Source: an uncultured Acidimicrobiales bacterium
GTDB taxonomy: Bacteria > Actinomycetota > Acidimicrobiia > Acidimicrobiales > DATKAS01
DNA length: 64,000 bases
Reading direction: 5' to 3'
NCBI GenBank assembly: GCA_963726495.1
Contig: CAVSCP010000009.1
Location: 79,665 to 143,664, forward strand
Below the pieces are notes generated by a model, which was not told where the DNA came from, did not search any database, and was given only the letters and a program-made list of their open reading frames with translations. The position numbers were made by a program, and so were the translations under genes. Below, piece by piece: positions 1 to 10,001 of the stretch. Each line of letters begins with the position of its first letter. The first letter of the stretch is position 1.

Positions 1-830
1 GGAGGAGCTCGTCGAGGAGCTCGAGTTCCACGAGCTCGCGCTCGAGGATGCGCTCGGCGGCCATCAGCGGCCGAAGCTCGATCACTACCCGAGCCACGAG
101 TTCCTCGTCTGCCACGCGATGACGATCGAGTCGGGCCGAATCGAGGCGGTCGAGGTCGACGCGTTCATCCATCCCCGTTGGCTCGTCACCGTCCGCAAGG
201 ACGAGGGCTTCGCCCTCGAGCCGGTGCTCGAACGCTGGGACCGATCGAAGGACCTCGCCGCGCACGGCGTCGGGTTTCTGGTGTACGGCCTGCTCGACGT
301 CGTCGTCGACAAGGCGTTCACGACCCTCGACGACTTCGACGAGTTCTACGACGACGTGAGCGAGAGCGTGTTCTCCGAGGACACGCCGATCGCGCCGACA
401 TCGAACTGGTTCGAGATGCGCAAGTCGCTGATCCAGTTCCACCGACTCGTCGTCCCGCTCCGTGAGGCGGTGAGCGCGTTGATGCGGCGGGACCACGGGC
501 TGGTCGACGAGGCGCTCTACCCGTACTACCAGGACGTCTACGACCACATCCTGCGGATCACCGAGTCGACGGACGCGCTCCGCGACCTCGTCAGCACGAT
601 CGTGGAGACCAACCTCAGCCTGCGTGACTTCCGCACGAATCAGATCATGAAGAAGGTGACGAGCTGGGCGGCGATCATCGCGATCCCGACGCTCATCACC
701 GGCTGGTACGGCATGAACGTCCCGTACCCAGGCTTCGCCGCGGCACGCCGGCTTCATCACGGCCACCATCCTCATCATCCTGTGCTCCGGCGGTCTCTAC
801 ATGCTGTTCAGACGCAAGGACTGGCTGTGA
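1..830 (+). pseudogene. corA: CorA family Mg2+/Co2+ transporter, 5'-partial at the window edge, frame broken near 735-750
   Basis: The frame is open from nt 2 (..HELALEDALGGHQRPKLDHYPSHEFLVCHA..). ORF 119..955 carries the YGMNV (GMN) signature. The expected last TM helix and end, GFITATILIILCSGGLYMLFRRKDWL*, lies in another frame and stops at 828..830. Confidence 0.85.
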
Positions 831-833
831 GAG

Positions 834-1175
834 ATGGCGACGATCGACGACATCCGGCCGCTCGCGCTGAGCCTGCCCCGCGCGTACGAGGTGCTCGTCC
901 GCGACCGGGTGAAGTTCCGCGTCGGGCAGTACGTGTGGCTCGCCTTCTCGCGTGACGAGACGATGATGGGCTTCGCGTTCCCGAAGGAGGAGCGTGAGGC
1001 GCTCGTTGCGTCAGAGCCGCACAAGTTCTCGATGCCGACGCAGTCGGACATGCGTTACAACTGGGTCGTCGTGCGCCTCGACCAGATCGACGCGGACGAA
1101 GCGCACGAGATCGTGCTCGACGCGTGGCGCATGGTCGTGCCGAAGAAGGTCGCCCGCGAGCACTTGGGCGACTGA
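834..1175 (+). CDS. MmcQ/YjbR-like small protein
   Basis: Intact 113-aa ORF starting 4 nt after the corA stop. The sequence (..FRVGQYVWLAFSRDETMMGFAFPKEERE..WVVVRLDQID..) recalls YjbR-fold proteins. The family was assigned from memory only. Confidence 0.5.
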   Translation: MATIDDIRPLALSLPRAYEVLVRDRVKFRVGQYVWLAFSRDETMMGFAFPKEEREALVASEPHKFSMPTQSDMRYNWVVVRLDQIDADEAHEIVLDAWRMVVPKKVAREHLGD

Positions 1176-1178
1176 GGA

Positions 1179-2618
1179 TCAGGCGAGCAGCGCGAGCAGC
1201 TCCGCGCGGTCCGGACCCGGCGCCGCGAACGCCGGCTTCCCACGTCTGCGCCTCGACCTTGTCCATGAAGCCGGGCCGGGCCAGCACCTCTTGGGGGAAC
1301 GCAAGGCACATGATCGTCTCCATCATCCCGCGGAAGACATCTGGGTCATGGGGAACCGCGGCGAGCACCTTCTGCATCACCGGGTTCGGGGGTGGCGGTT
1401 CTTCTCCCCTGCGCAAGGCGTTCATCGAGCGCGATGCGGGCCCGGTCGGCGGCGATCTGGTTGTGGACGAACGGAGCGACGTCACGTTCGGTGAGCGCGT
1501 CGAACTCGCGCACGAGCGCCTCGGGATGGTCGAGGCTCGTGCGCGTCGCGTCACGCAGCTGTTGCGCATGCACCAGGCCGACGGAGATGCCACGGCCTGC
1601 CGACGGGTTCGTGCACGCCCACGCGTCACCGACGGCACAGACACCGGTTGCGACGGGCCGGTCGTCGACGACGAACCGTCGGTGTCGATCCATGATCCCT
1701 GCCATCGACAGCACCTCGCTGATCGGCTCACCGTCGAGCCAGTGCTGCTGCATCGGGCACGCTCGCGCGACCCTGGTGAACTTCTCCGGATCCTTGAACG
1801 CCTTGAGCGGGAGGTCAGACGCTGCTCCGTACATCGTGAGCGACCACGTGTCGTTGTCGCCCGGCAACGTGAGGATGGAGAACGTGCCCATCGGCGTCTG
1901 AGCGGGCCCGATCAACGGAGGCGGCTCGGGACCCGTGAAGTACCGGGTGAAGTAGACGAAGCCGGAGTCCTCAGACGTGATCGGGATCTCCGGCGACCCG
2001 AGCTCCTCCAACCACTCGACCAGCTTCGAGCGCCGTCCCATCGCGTCGACGACGAGATCGGCGTCGAGCTCGTCCCCCTCGGTCGTGCGCACGCCCACGA
2101 CGTGGGGCGATCCGCCGACGATCGGCTCACCGGTGATCGAGCGCTGCGATCGACACGCCGCGGCGCACTGTCACGCCCTCGTGCTCGGCCGCCGCCCGGC
2201 CAAACGCCCACTCGACGATCGGCCGGCGCCCGGTGATGAAGCGAAACCGGTCGTCGTCCGGCCGAGCCGAGGTGTCCCCCAACGTGGGTGGCAACAGCTC
2301 CACCGGGTTCACCCACGTGCAGCCCGCATCCTCGAGCTTCGCGACCATGCCCGGAAGGTCAGCGTCGAGCACCGCTCGTGTACGCGGGAAGAGGTTGTGC
2401 GGCTGATGGTGCTGCGGCACCCCGGGTCGTGGCCACGACGTCCACGCTTCGTGGGGCGATGCCGGCAGAGGGGCGGGGTCACGTTCGAGGACCGTGACGT
2501 CGTGCCCATCCCTCGCGAGCATCATCGCGGTCGACAGCCCGATCATGCTGCCGCCGCACACCACGATCGACGCCACCGTCAGACCTCCCGGATCGGTTGC
2601 CGTTTCACGCCGTATCAA
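1179..2618 (-). pseudogene. FAD-dependent oxidoreductase (flavoprotein monooxygenase/reductase-like), frame broken at least 3 times
   Basis: ORF 2127..2618 has the Rossmann motif IVVCGGSMIGLSTAMMLARDGHDVTVLERD. The protein continues in ORF 1346..2098 (..DADLVVDAMGRRS..). It then continues as ..NPVMQKVLAAVPHDPDVFRGMMETIM.. and finally as GKPAFAAPGPDRAELLALLA*, ending at 1179..1181. Frames were chosen by third-position GC. Confidence 0.7.
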
Positions 2619-3112
2619 TGGCGTTTCACGCCTCCGTACTTCATCCTCGTGTCGCTCATCGACGCCGCGCGCGCCGCGTCGTCGCGGATCGCAGCGTCGA
2701 CCACCTCACCGACGAAGAGGGTGTGAGTGCCGAGATCGAGCGTATGCCTGACCGAACAGTCCATCCAGGCCAGCGCTTCGTCGAACACGGGAGCGCCGGT
2801 CGTCGCGGCGCGCACCGCGCGGCCGTTGAGGGTGACGCCGTCGTCAGCGGCCGGCTTCGAGAACTTCACGAACACCTTCGTGTCCTCGGCGTCCCACAGG
2901 TTCACGGTGAACGAACCGCCGGCGGTGATGAGGCGATGCGTCACCGCGTCGTTGTCGACACCGACGCCGATGAGCACCGGCTCCATCGAGAGCTGCGTCA
3001 CCCAGCTCGCGGTCATCGCGTTGCGCTCTTCGCCCGCACGCGACCCGATCAGCACGAGGGCGTTCGGGATCTTCCACGTGAGCTTGTTGAGCAGCTCGTC
3101 GTCGAGCGCCAT
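2615..3112 (-). CDS. Flavin reductase family protein (FMN-binding split barrel)
   Basis: Intact 165-aa ORF (..NAMTASWVTQLSMEPVLIGVGV..FTVNLW..). The start abuts the SPFH stop (3113..3115). The stop overlaps the next gene's start by 4 nt. Confidence 0.75.
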   Translation of the reverse strand: MALDDELLNKLTWKIPNALVLIGSRAGEERNAMTASWVTQLSMEPVLIGVGVDNDAVTHRLITAGGSFTVNLWDAEDTKVFVKFSKPAADDGVTLNGRAVRAATTGAPVFDEALAWMDCSVRHTLDLGTHTLFVGEVVDAAIRDDAARAASMSDTRMKYGGVKRH

Positions 3113-4068
3113 CTACCCGTTGCCGTTCGTCGACGGCACGTCGGCGAGCACGCCTTTCAGCGCCTGCGCGGCACCCATCAACCCGACGCTCTCGAACGGC
3201 ACGACGATCTTCGTGTTCCGGCTCTCCGCGAACTTGCTCAGCGTGTCGAGCTGCAAGATCGCAACGAGCGTCGCGATCGGGCTTCTCCTTCGCTGATCGC
3301 GCCGTAGACGGTCTCGATCGCCTGGGCCCGCCCCTCGGCCTCGAGGATCGCGGACTGACGGGTGCCTTCGGCCTTCAAGATCGCGGCCTGGCGCTCACCT
3401 TCGGCCGCGCGCACGGCGGCCTGGGCCGAGCCTTCGGCGATGTTGATCGCGTACGTCTGCTCGCCTTCGGACTGAAGGATCTTCGCCCGCTTCTCCTGAT
3501 CGGCCTGCTTCTGCAGGGCGAGCGCGGCGAGGATCTGCGGCGGCGGCAAGATGTCGACGATCTCGATGCGGCTGATGCGGATGCCCCACTTGTCGGTGAC
3601 GATCTCCATCTGCTCTTGCACATCGGTGTTGATGCGCTCGCGCTCGGAGAGCGCCTCGTCGAGGGTCATCGTGCCGATCACCGAACGCAGCGCGGTACGA
3701 GCGAGGGCGTCGATCGCGACGTCGAAGTTCTTCACGCTGAAGAGGGCCTGCTTGGCGTCGACGACCTGGGTGAAGATGGTCGCGTTCACCGTGACGACGA
3801 CGTTGTCCTTCGTGATGACGTCTTGGCGGTCGCCCGGGACGGGGATCTCACGCATGTCGACGAGCTGGAGCGTGTCGACGAACGGGAGGATCACGACGAG
3901 GCCGGGCTCGTGGGTCTTGCGGTACTGGCCGAGTCGCTTCAACACGCCGACCTGACCCTGCTGCACGATGTTCACGGCCGCCTTCAGCGTGGCGAGCAAC
4001 GCCAACACGATGACGGCGAGGACGATCAGCCCTCCGATTGTGATGGTGCTGAGTGAAGCGAATATCAC
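3113..4068 (-). pseudogene. SPFH/band-7 (stomatin/HflC-like) protein, one frame break near 3270-3290
   Basis: ORF 3238..4068 has an N-terminal TM segment followed by ..QQGQVGVLKRLGQY..PGLVVILPFVD.. and an alanine/glutamate-rich coiled region. The C-terminus ATLVAILQLDTLSKFAESRNTKIVVPFES..TNGNG* is in another frame and ends at 3113..3115. Confidence 0.85.
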
Positions 4069-4585
4069 GACTGCTCTCCTTCTGCGTCATCCCCGCCGGG
4101 TTCGAGCGAGTGCAATGCGTCGGTGTCGATGAACCCCGTCTCGCCCTCGAGCGGCCACACCTCGAGCGTCGTCCCCCGCACCGCCGTGACGAGCACGCGC
4201 GTGCGAGCGGGGATGGGCCGATCGGCGCCGCTGAACGCAAGCCAGCGCTCGCCGGCGAGCAGCACGTGCCCCGGGCGGTGGGGGTCGCCGACGACATCGA
4301 GGGTCATCACCTCTTCACCGACGAGCGTGCCGTGGACCCCGCGACCGAGCTTGCCTTCATGCCGTTGATGCATGAGCTCGCTGACGTGGGGACGCACCAG
4401 GAGGATCCCGAGCGTCGCGGCCACGACCGCCACCGCGAGCTGAAGCGGGATGGCCGACGGCAGCGATCAGGGCGACCACCGCGGCCGCGAACGCCCCGAT
4501 CGCGCCGAACAGCGCGTAGAACGCGAAGTGGTGGATCTCGAAGGCCAACAAGCACGACCCCGAGGATCAGCCACACGAAGACCAC
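4065..4585 (-). pseudogene. NfeD family membrane protein, two frame breaks
   Basis: Three frame pieces are visible: MVFVWLILGVVLVGL, then EIHHFAFYALFGAIGAFAAAVVALIA, then VVAATLGILLVRPH..GTLVGEEVMTLDV..HVLLAGERWLAFS (OB-fold end). The stop overlaps the SPFH ATG (ATGA), which is the classic NfeD-SPFH pairing. Confidence 0.75.
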
Positions 4586-4659
4586 ACCGCACCTCTCTTC
4601 AATTCCGATGTTACGGCGGACAGATCAAATCACCCCCATATGATCCACGGGCCGCGGCT

Positions 4660-5448
4660 ATGACCGAGATCGTCCTCAGCCCCATCAACATCAGCGCGCC
4701 CGTCGTCGTCGAAGCCGCGCGCGCCGCCGAGGCAGCCGGTTTCGAGGCGATCTGGACGTACGACCACATCTCCGGGGTCTCGTTCGGCGGCCGTCCCGTC
4801 CTCGACTCGTGGACAGTCCTGGCTGCCGTTGCCGCGCACACCACCCGGGTGGCAGTCGGCCCGCTCGTCGTGAACACGGTGGCGCGGAACGCCGCACACA
4901 TCGCCGTCGCCACTGCGACGCTGCAGCAGCTGAGCGGCGGGCGGGTGCAGCTCGGTCTCGGCGCGGGGGCGGGCCCCGAGTCGCCCTACTCCCGCGAGCT
5001 CGCCATGGCGGGACTCCCGTTGTTGAGTGCGCCCGAGCGCAGGCAGCGCGTCCTCGACACCGTGGCGTTCCTGCGTGCTGTCTGGGCGCGCGAGCCCGGC
5101 CACGAAGGCATCGTCGTGCCCGACCCTGTCCCGCCGATCATCGTTGCGGCCAACGGCCCGAAGATGGCGGCCGTCGCCGGGCGCTGCGCAGACGCCGTGA
5201 ACTTCCACGACTGGCAGTCGGACCTCCCGGGAGCGATCGCCGCGGCCTCGGCCGCGGCGCGAGAGGTCGGCAACGACGCGTTCGTCGTGACGCTCGAGGT
5301 GCCCTTCGAGGAGGAGTGGCTGCGCGCCGACAGCAAGGAACGCCAGGAGGTCGAGTCGCTCGGCGTGTCGCGGGTGATGGCGCGGTGGAGCTCGGCGCTG
5401 GGCGTCGACGCGATTCAGCGCGCCGCAGCGTGGACTGACACCGCGTAG
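4660..5448 (+). CDS. LLM-class (luciferase-like) flavin/F420-dependent oxidoreductase
   Basis: ATG at 4660, in frame with ORF 4450..5448. Sequence features are ..AAGFEAIWTYDHISG..RVQLGLGAGAG..IIVAANGPKM... Confidence 0.7.
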   Translation: MTEIVLSPINISAPVVVEAARAAEAAGFEAIWTYDHISGVSFGGRPVLDSWTVLAAVAAHTTRVAVGPLVVNTVARNAAHIAVATATLQQLSGGRVQLGLGAGAGPESPYSRELAMAGLPLLSAPERRQRVLDTVAFLRAVWAREPGHEGIVVPDPVPPIIVAANGPKMAAVAGRCADAVNFHDWQSDLPGAIAAASAAAREVGNDAFVVTLEVPFEEEWLRADSKERQEVESLGVSRVMARWSSALGVDAIQRAAAWTDTA

Positions 5449-5960
5449 TCGCCACCTGCGAACGGCTCGCCCGACCACGTCGACCACCGCTCGACGAGCC
5501 CGAGACCCGCCGCAGCGCAGTCCTCGTCGTACCGCGTCGTGTCGTAGCCCCGATCGAGCGAGAAGCCCGCGATGAGGATGCCGCCGGGCTCGAGGTGACG
5601 TGCACAGCCGCCGACCAGCGCCCGTTGCGTGCCCGCCGGCGTGAAGAGCGGCACGTTGCCCGCCATCACGACGAGCTCGAACGTTTGCCCGAGATCGAAG
5701 GCGCAGAGGTCGTCGACTCGCCAGTCGAGGTCGGGAGACAGCCGTCGCGCGGTGGCCACCATCGATGCATCGGCGTCGACACCGACCACCGCCACGCCTC
5801 GACGAGCAAGCTCACGAGCAACTCGTCCGGTTCCGCAGCCCGCGTCGAGGACCGAAGCGGGCGCGAACCGCATGAGGAACTCGGCTTCACCATGGACGTC
5901 GACACCTTGGTCAGCCAGCGCGTCGAACTGCTTCTGGTACTCGTCGCCGTCCCAACCCAT
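5415..5960 (-). CDS. Class I SAM-dependent methyltransferase
   Basis: Starts MGWDGDEY and has motif I VLDAGCGTGRVARELARRGVAVVGVD. The 3' end overlaps the convergent LLM gene by about 34 nt. Confidence 0.8.
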   Translation of the reverse strand: MGWDGDEYQKQFDALADQGVDVHGEAEFLMRFAPASVLDAGCGTGRVARELARRGVAVVGVDADASMVATARRLSPDLDWRVDDLCAFDLGQTFELVVMAGNVPLFTPAGTQRALVGGCARHLEPGGILIAGFSLDRGYDTTRYDEDCAAAGLGLVERWSTWSGEPFAGGDYAVSVHAAAR

Positions 5961-5961
5961 G

Positions 5962-6015
5962 CCCCCATCTTCTCGCGGAGAACCGGCCACCGATGGCCGC
6001 AATTCACGCGAGAAG
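5962..6015 (-). repeat. Hairpin plus G-tract intergenic repeat, copy C (minus orientation)
   Basis: The reverse complement reads cttCTCGCGtgaattgcGGCCATCGGTGGCcggttctcCGCGAGAAgatggggg. The outer 8-bp stem TTCTCGCG/CGCGAGAA is perfect. It shares a 13-nt core GGCCATCGGTGGC with copy A. Confidence 0.6.
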
Positions 6016-6035
6016 GGTGGGCGCGGGGGCGGAGG

Positions 6036-6491
6036 CTAGGGCTTGCCACCCTGGGGTCGTCGGGCACCATCGCCGCCCCGGGCCCGGATCGCCTCGTGGC
6101 TCTCGGCGAAGTGCCAGCGGTGTCCCTCGAGATCGGTCGCCTCGTAGCGCCGCTCGCCGTAGAACGCGTCCTCGCAGCTCCATCGTGACGTCGGCACCCT
6201 CGGCGACCGCGTGCGCGTAGTGGCTGTCGATGTCGTGGACGGTGAGGTGCATGATCACCGTCGTGTGGCCGAGCTCGCTCGGCGAGTAGATGCGATGGAC
6301 GTCGTGGTTCGGCGTGACCGATCATCACGATGCCGTCGCCGAGCCGCAACCAGGCGAGCATCTGCTGACGACCGTCCCACTCGTGCTCCATGCGGGCCTC
6401 TCGCAGCTCGGTGAAGCCGAGCACCCTGCACGAGATAGTCGAGCGCGGCGAACTCGTCGGCGTAGGCGAGCCGGGGAAAGAGGTCGGGCAT
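6036..6491 (-). pseudogene. VOC/glyoxalase-family protein, at least 2 frame breaks
   Basis: Pieces lie in three frames: MPDLFPRLAYADEFAALDYL, then RVLGFTELREARMEHEWDGRQQMLAWLRLGDGIVMIGHAE, then VIMHLTVHDIDSHYAHAVAEGADVTMEL, followed by DAFYGERRYEATDLEGHRWHFAES..GGKP* ending at 6036..6038. The gene may be continuous with the GTG at 6630..6632. Confidence 0.65.
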
Positions 6492-6628
6492 GCGGACGTT
6501 GGTCTCGGGTTCTTGCGCGATGGTCGACATGAGCTGCTCCTTCTGGCGCGAAAGCACGGTGGGGTCGCCCGGGTCATCGGGCAACACGTTGTCGGGGCGC
6601 AGCCGGCGGAGAGGTTCGAGCTCGTCGC

Positions 6629-7190
6629 TCACAGCTCCATCCTCTCGCTCGTCGGGGACGCGATCGCGCAATCGAGCGCGAGCGCGGTTGAGCCGCGATC
6701 GCACAGTGCCGACGGGGATGTCGAGAGCGGCCGCGATCTGCTCGTAGCTCAGCTCCTCCCACACGTACAGGAGGAGCGTGTCCCACTCGGCGGAGGGAAG
6801 CTCCGCCACTGCGTCGGCCACGCGTGACCAGTCACCTGATGCGTCCGTCGACGCGGCGACCCGTTCGGCCAGGTCTTCGGCCCCGGGGCGCTGCGCGGCG
6901 AACCGCGCCATGGCCCGGAGGCGTCGACCCTCGCTCCGTCGTTGCTTGGCGACGACGCGAGTCGCGATGCCGTACAACCACGGCGCCGCGTCTGGACGGC
7001 AGGAGTCATAGGTCTCACGCCGTTCGAACGCGACACGGAACACCTCGCCGAGCAAGTCGTCGGCCTCCGGGCCGACCCGTCGGACGAGGTAGCGAAAGAT
7101 CACGCGGGCGTGACGGTCGAAGAGCTCGGAGAAGCACGCGGGATCGTCGAGTGACGCAGCGATCACCGCGGCATCCGTGCTTTCGTCCAT
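6629..7190 (-). CDS. ECF-type sigma-70 factor (3' end uncertain)
   Basis: Starts MDESTDAAVIAAS. Region 2 is ..LLGEVFRVAFERRETYD..PWLYGIA.. and region 4 is EELSYEQIAAALDIPVGTVRSRLNRARARLRD. As sequenced, the frame runs on to 6255 without a stop. A TGA in the +1 frame (6629..6631) overlaps a GTG (6630..6632) that is preceded by GAGAGGA. Confidence 0.75.
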
Positions 7191-7195
7191 CACCT

Positions 7196-8626
7196 CTACT
7201 TGCCCGCAGCGGCTCGCGAGTTCGCGGTGGACCACTCCGGTGGATGCGCGCCGAGCGGCGACGTCGGGAGCTCCCAGTGTGGCGGCGTCGCGCTCATCTG
7301 TGCGACCGGCGCGAGATGGCGCAGCCTCCCGAACGCGGTGTCGGTGGTCGTGAGAAATGGCTCGACGTCACCGAAGCCGGACGCTGTGTCGCGGTCGACA
7401 CGGGGCTCGCGCGCGAACCACATCCCCGTCTGACACAGCGACGCGCGGACGTGGTAGCTGCCACCTTCGTGGCTCCGCCTCCACAGCGCGACCATCGTGC
7501 CGAGCGCCGCGAGGGAGCCGGTCGTGTAGTCGCACGCCGCTGCGGGGATCAGGACCGGCGGCCGTCGCCGCCGCGATGTGGGTCGCCGATGGCTCCCTGC
7601 ACTGCGGCGATGCCGGTCACCGTCTGCGCGAGCTGCTCCCAGCCTGGACGCTCTCGCCACGGCCCGACGTCGCCGTAGCAGCTCATCGACACGTAGACGA
7701 TGCCGGGTCGGCGCGCGGCGAGCTCGTCGGGCCCGAGGCCGCGGCGCTGCATCGCGCCTCCGCGGTAGCCCTGCGCGAAGACGTCCGCCGACGAGGCGAG
7801 CGCGAGCAACCGCGCGTGGTCGTCGGGGCTGTCGAGATCGAGGAACGTCGAGCGCTTGCCATGGCTCGTGTCGATGACGAACGGCAACACGTTGTCGAGG
7901 TTCGGTGAGTTCACGAGGAGCACGTCCGCGCCGTGCTCGGCAAGGGTTCGCCCGTTCGTAGGCCCGGCGAGGATTCGAGTGAGGTCGAGCACACGCACAC
8001 CGTCGAGCGGGCGAGCGGTGCCGCCCACCGGCTCGGGCGCGGACTCCCCGATCTTCTCGATCTCGACGCGCGCGAGCGCACCGATGGCTCGACCCTGCGC
8101 GTGCTCGGCCCATTCGTCGCGCGTGCGCACCATCGCGCCGCAGGTCCGCGCCTCTGCGAGCGCGTCCTCGAGCGGCTGCGCCTCCCACTTCGCGACACTG
8201 GCGGCGACTGCCTGCGGAATCAGCGCCCTCGGAGATGCCGAGCACGCGCCGAGTCGGATCGGCGAGCCGCGGGAACGCGCCGTGCAGGTGCACCCAGCGT
8301 CCGTCGCGGCACTCGTACAGCGCGATCAGCGGGTTGTCAGCCACGCGTTGCGGCGTCTCCGCGTCGAGCAGCCGCTGGAACACGAAGCTCAGCAGCGACG
8401 CGCCCGCCCTTCTCGTGTCGACCGTGACCGTCTGCTCGACGCCTGTCTTGTCGCGCCAGATCAGGCCGGCCGTAGCCGCGACCGCGCCGAGCGCGACTGC
8501 GGCCGACGACGCGACGGGGATCGGGCTCGCGTAGACCGGATCGCTCCCCTCGATCGTGACGGCGTGGGCCGCATCGGCCGGGAGCCCGACCTCAGCGAGG
8601 AGCTCGGCGACTCGGTCATCGGCCAT
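7196..8626 (-). pseudogene. CoA-transferase family III (CaiB/BaiF-like), at least 2 frame breaks
   Basis: N-terminus MADDRVAELLAEVGLP..LIALYECRDGRWVHLHGAF. The middle part is ORF 7549..8133 (..GVRVLDLTRILAGPTNGRTLAEHGADVLLVNSP..VYVSMSCYGDVGPW..). The C-terminus ..DYTTGSLAALGTMVALW..HVRASLCQTGMWF.. lies in ORF 7196..9187. Confidence 0.75.
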
Positions 8627-9187
8627 CAGATGACGCGCGCGTGCTCGGTAGAGATCGCGGAGCAGCGCGATCTCTGCGCTGTGGTGGATGACCTCGTCGA
8701 GCGCGTGCAGCATGAGCGCGAGGAACGTCGAGTCGCGGTACGGACCCCACGTCGGACCGAGCGGGTCGAAGAGCGTCTCCGGGGCCCGCTCGGCCGAGGC
8801 CGGCGCGGAACGCGGCGCCTGCGGCCTCGGTCGCCGCGAGCGCCTCCTCGACGTCGAGCGTGAACGCCTGGTCGACGAAGTCGGTGCCGGTACGACCGAA
8901 CACCCGGGCCGAGTAGCTGTCGAGGCAGTCGACGGCGACGTGCCACAGGCGCCACGCGATCGTTGTGACCGGCGCTGGATCGGGATCGGGATCAGCCCAG
9001 TCGGCTCGCACGCCCGTCGCGCGTGTCTCGCGCACCGACCAGCAGCTCCGGGCGACCGGCTCCCAGCAGGTACTCGTCGGGCGTGAGCCCTTCGAGGCGC
9101 GCCACTGAAGCGCGGCCACGCCTCGTCGAAGAGCGAGAGGACGTCGCTGTGGACCTGCGGCGCTGACGTCTGCCATGCCGCCACCAT
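8626..9187 (-). pseudogene. DinB-family (mycothiol-dependent-like) protein, several frame breaks
   Basis: Pieces are spread over three frames: MVAAWQTSAPQVHSDVLSLFDEAW, LEGLTPDEYLL, TTIAWRLWHVAVDCLDSYSARVFG and TFLALMLHALDEVIHHSAEIALLRDLY. The stop at 8626..8628 overlaps the CoA-transferase ATG (TGATG). Confidence 0.55.
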
Positions 9188-9218
9188 GGCCCATCAGTTG
9201 CTGTCCGACCGGGCGGGC

Positions 9219-9962
9219 TCAGCTCTTCAAGAACTTCGGGGCGAGCGGCAGCCACGTGCGTTCGAGCGGCTCGTCGCGCTGCACGACCGGTCCGTGGATC
9301 AGGGCAGAGATCGCCCGACGTGGGCGCTCGCTGTAGTTCGGCCCGCTGTAGTGGATCGTGCGGCAGTGATGCACTGTCGCCGCACCGGCCGCGATCGGGC
9401 ACGCGACGCTCGTGCTCACGTCCGGCGGGTCTTCGAGCAGGAGCGGCTGACCGAGACCCACGTTGCGATGGGTGACGATGTCGCTGCGGTGTGAGCCGGG
9501 CAGGAACTGCATGCAGCCGCTGTCGACGGTCACATCGTCGAGCGGTGTCCACACCGACAGGCTGTGCGCCGTCACCTTCGGCTGCTCCCAGTACGCCTCG
9601 TCCTGATGCCACGGCGTGTCACGGCCCGCGGTCGCGGGCTTGAAGATCATGTGGGTGCCGCTGCCGGGGAGGATCTCGGAGTCATCGATCTCGAGCAACG
9701 CACATGCGATCTGCCTGGCGTTCGCGTACCACTTCGTGTCGAGGATCTCGGGCACGGTGAGCTCGGGAACGAGGATCTGGTCGACGACGCCCATGGTGCC
9801 GTCTTCGCGCTCGGCGTCGAAGTGGAGGCGCATCACCTTCGGGTTCACGAAGATCTCGTCGTACATCTCACGGAACCACGCGAGCTCGTCGGACGGCATG
9901 ACCTGCTCGTCGACCTGGAGATAGCCGTTCTCCCAGAACGACTCGGACTGCTGAGGCGAGAT
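9219..9962 (-). CDS. PhyH-family Fe(II)/2-oxoglutarate dioxygenase, paralogue 1 (start codon unresolved)
   Basis: Sequence features are ..FWENGYLQV..TPWHQDEAYW (HxD)..GCMQFLPGSH..TVHHCRTIHYSGPN... No ATG, GTG or TTG lies in frame between the operator and the conserved N-terminus. The first in-frame ATG is at 9897..9899. The upper part of ORF 9219..10574 is antisense to lacI. Confidence 0.75.
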   Translation of the reverse strand: MSPQQSESFWENGYLQVDEQVMPSDELAWFREMYDEIFVNPKVMRLHFDAEREDGTMGVVDQILVPELTVPEILDTKWYANARQIACALLEIDDSEILPGSGTHMIFKPATAGRDTPWHQDEAYWEQPKVTAHSLSVWTPLDDVTVDSGCMQFLPGSHRSDIVTHRNVGLGQPLLLEDPPDVSTSVACPIAAGAATVHHCRTIHYSGPNYSERPRRAISALIHGPVVQRDEPLERTWLPLAPKFLKS

Positions 9963-9964
9963 CG

Positions 9965-9978
9965 AGAAATCGATTTCA
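9965..9978. promoter_or_regulatory. LacI-type palindromic operator candidate O1 (AGAAATCGATTTCA)
   Basis: A perfect 12-bp palindrome GAAATCGATTTC (9966..9977) with a central CG. It lies in the divergent region between PhyH-1 and the LacI regulator. Its shape matches the TGAAANCGNTTTCA class of LacI/CcpA sites. Confidence 0.55.
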
Positions 9979-10001
9979 GGATCGTAGCCCGACGGCCTCG
10001 T

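Noticed and set aside
7196-9187. 663-aa minus-strand ORF
   Set aside because: It is not a single protein. It alternates between genuine pieces of the CoA-transferase and the DinB gene and out-of-frame Arg/Pro-rich stretches created by frame breaks.
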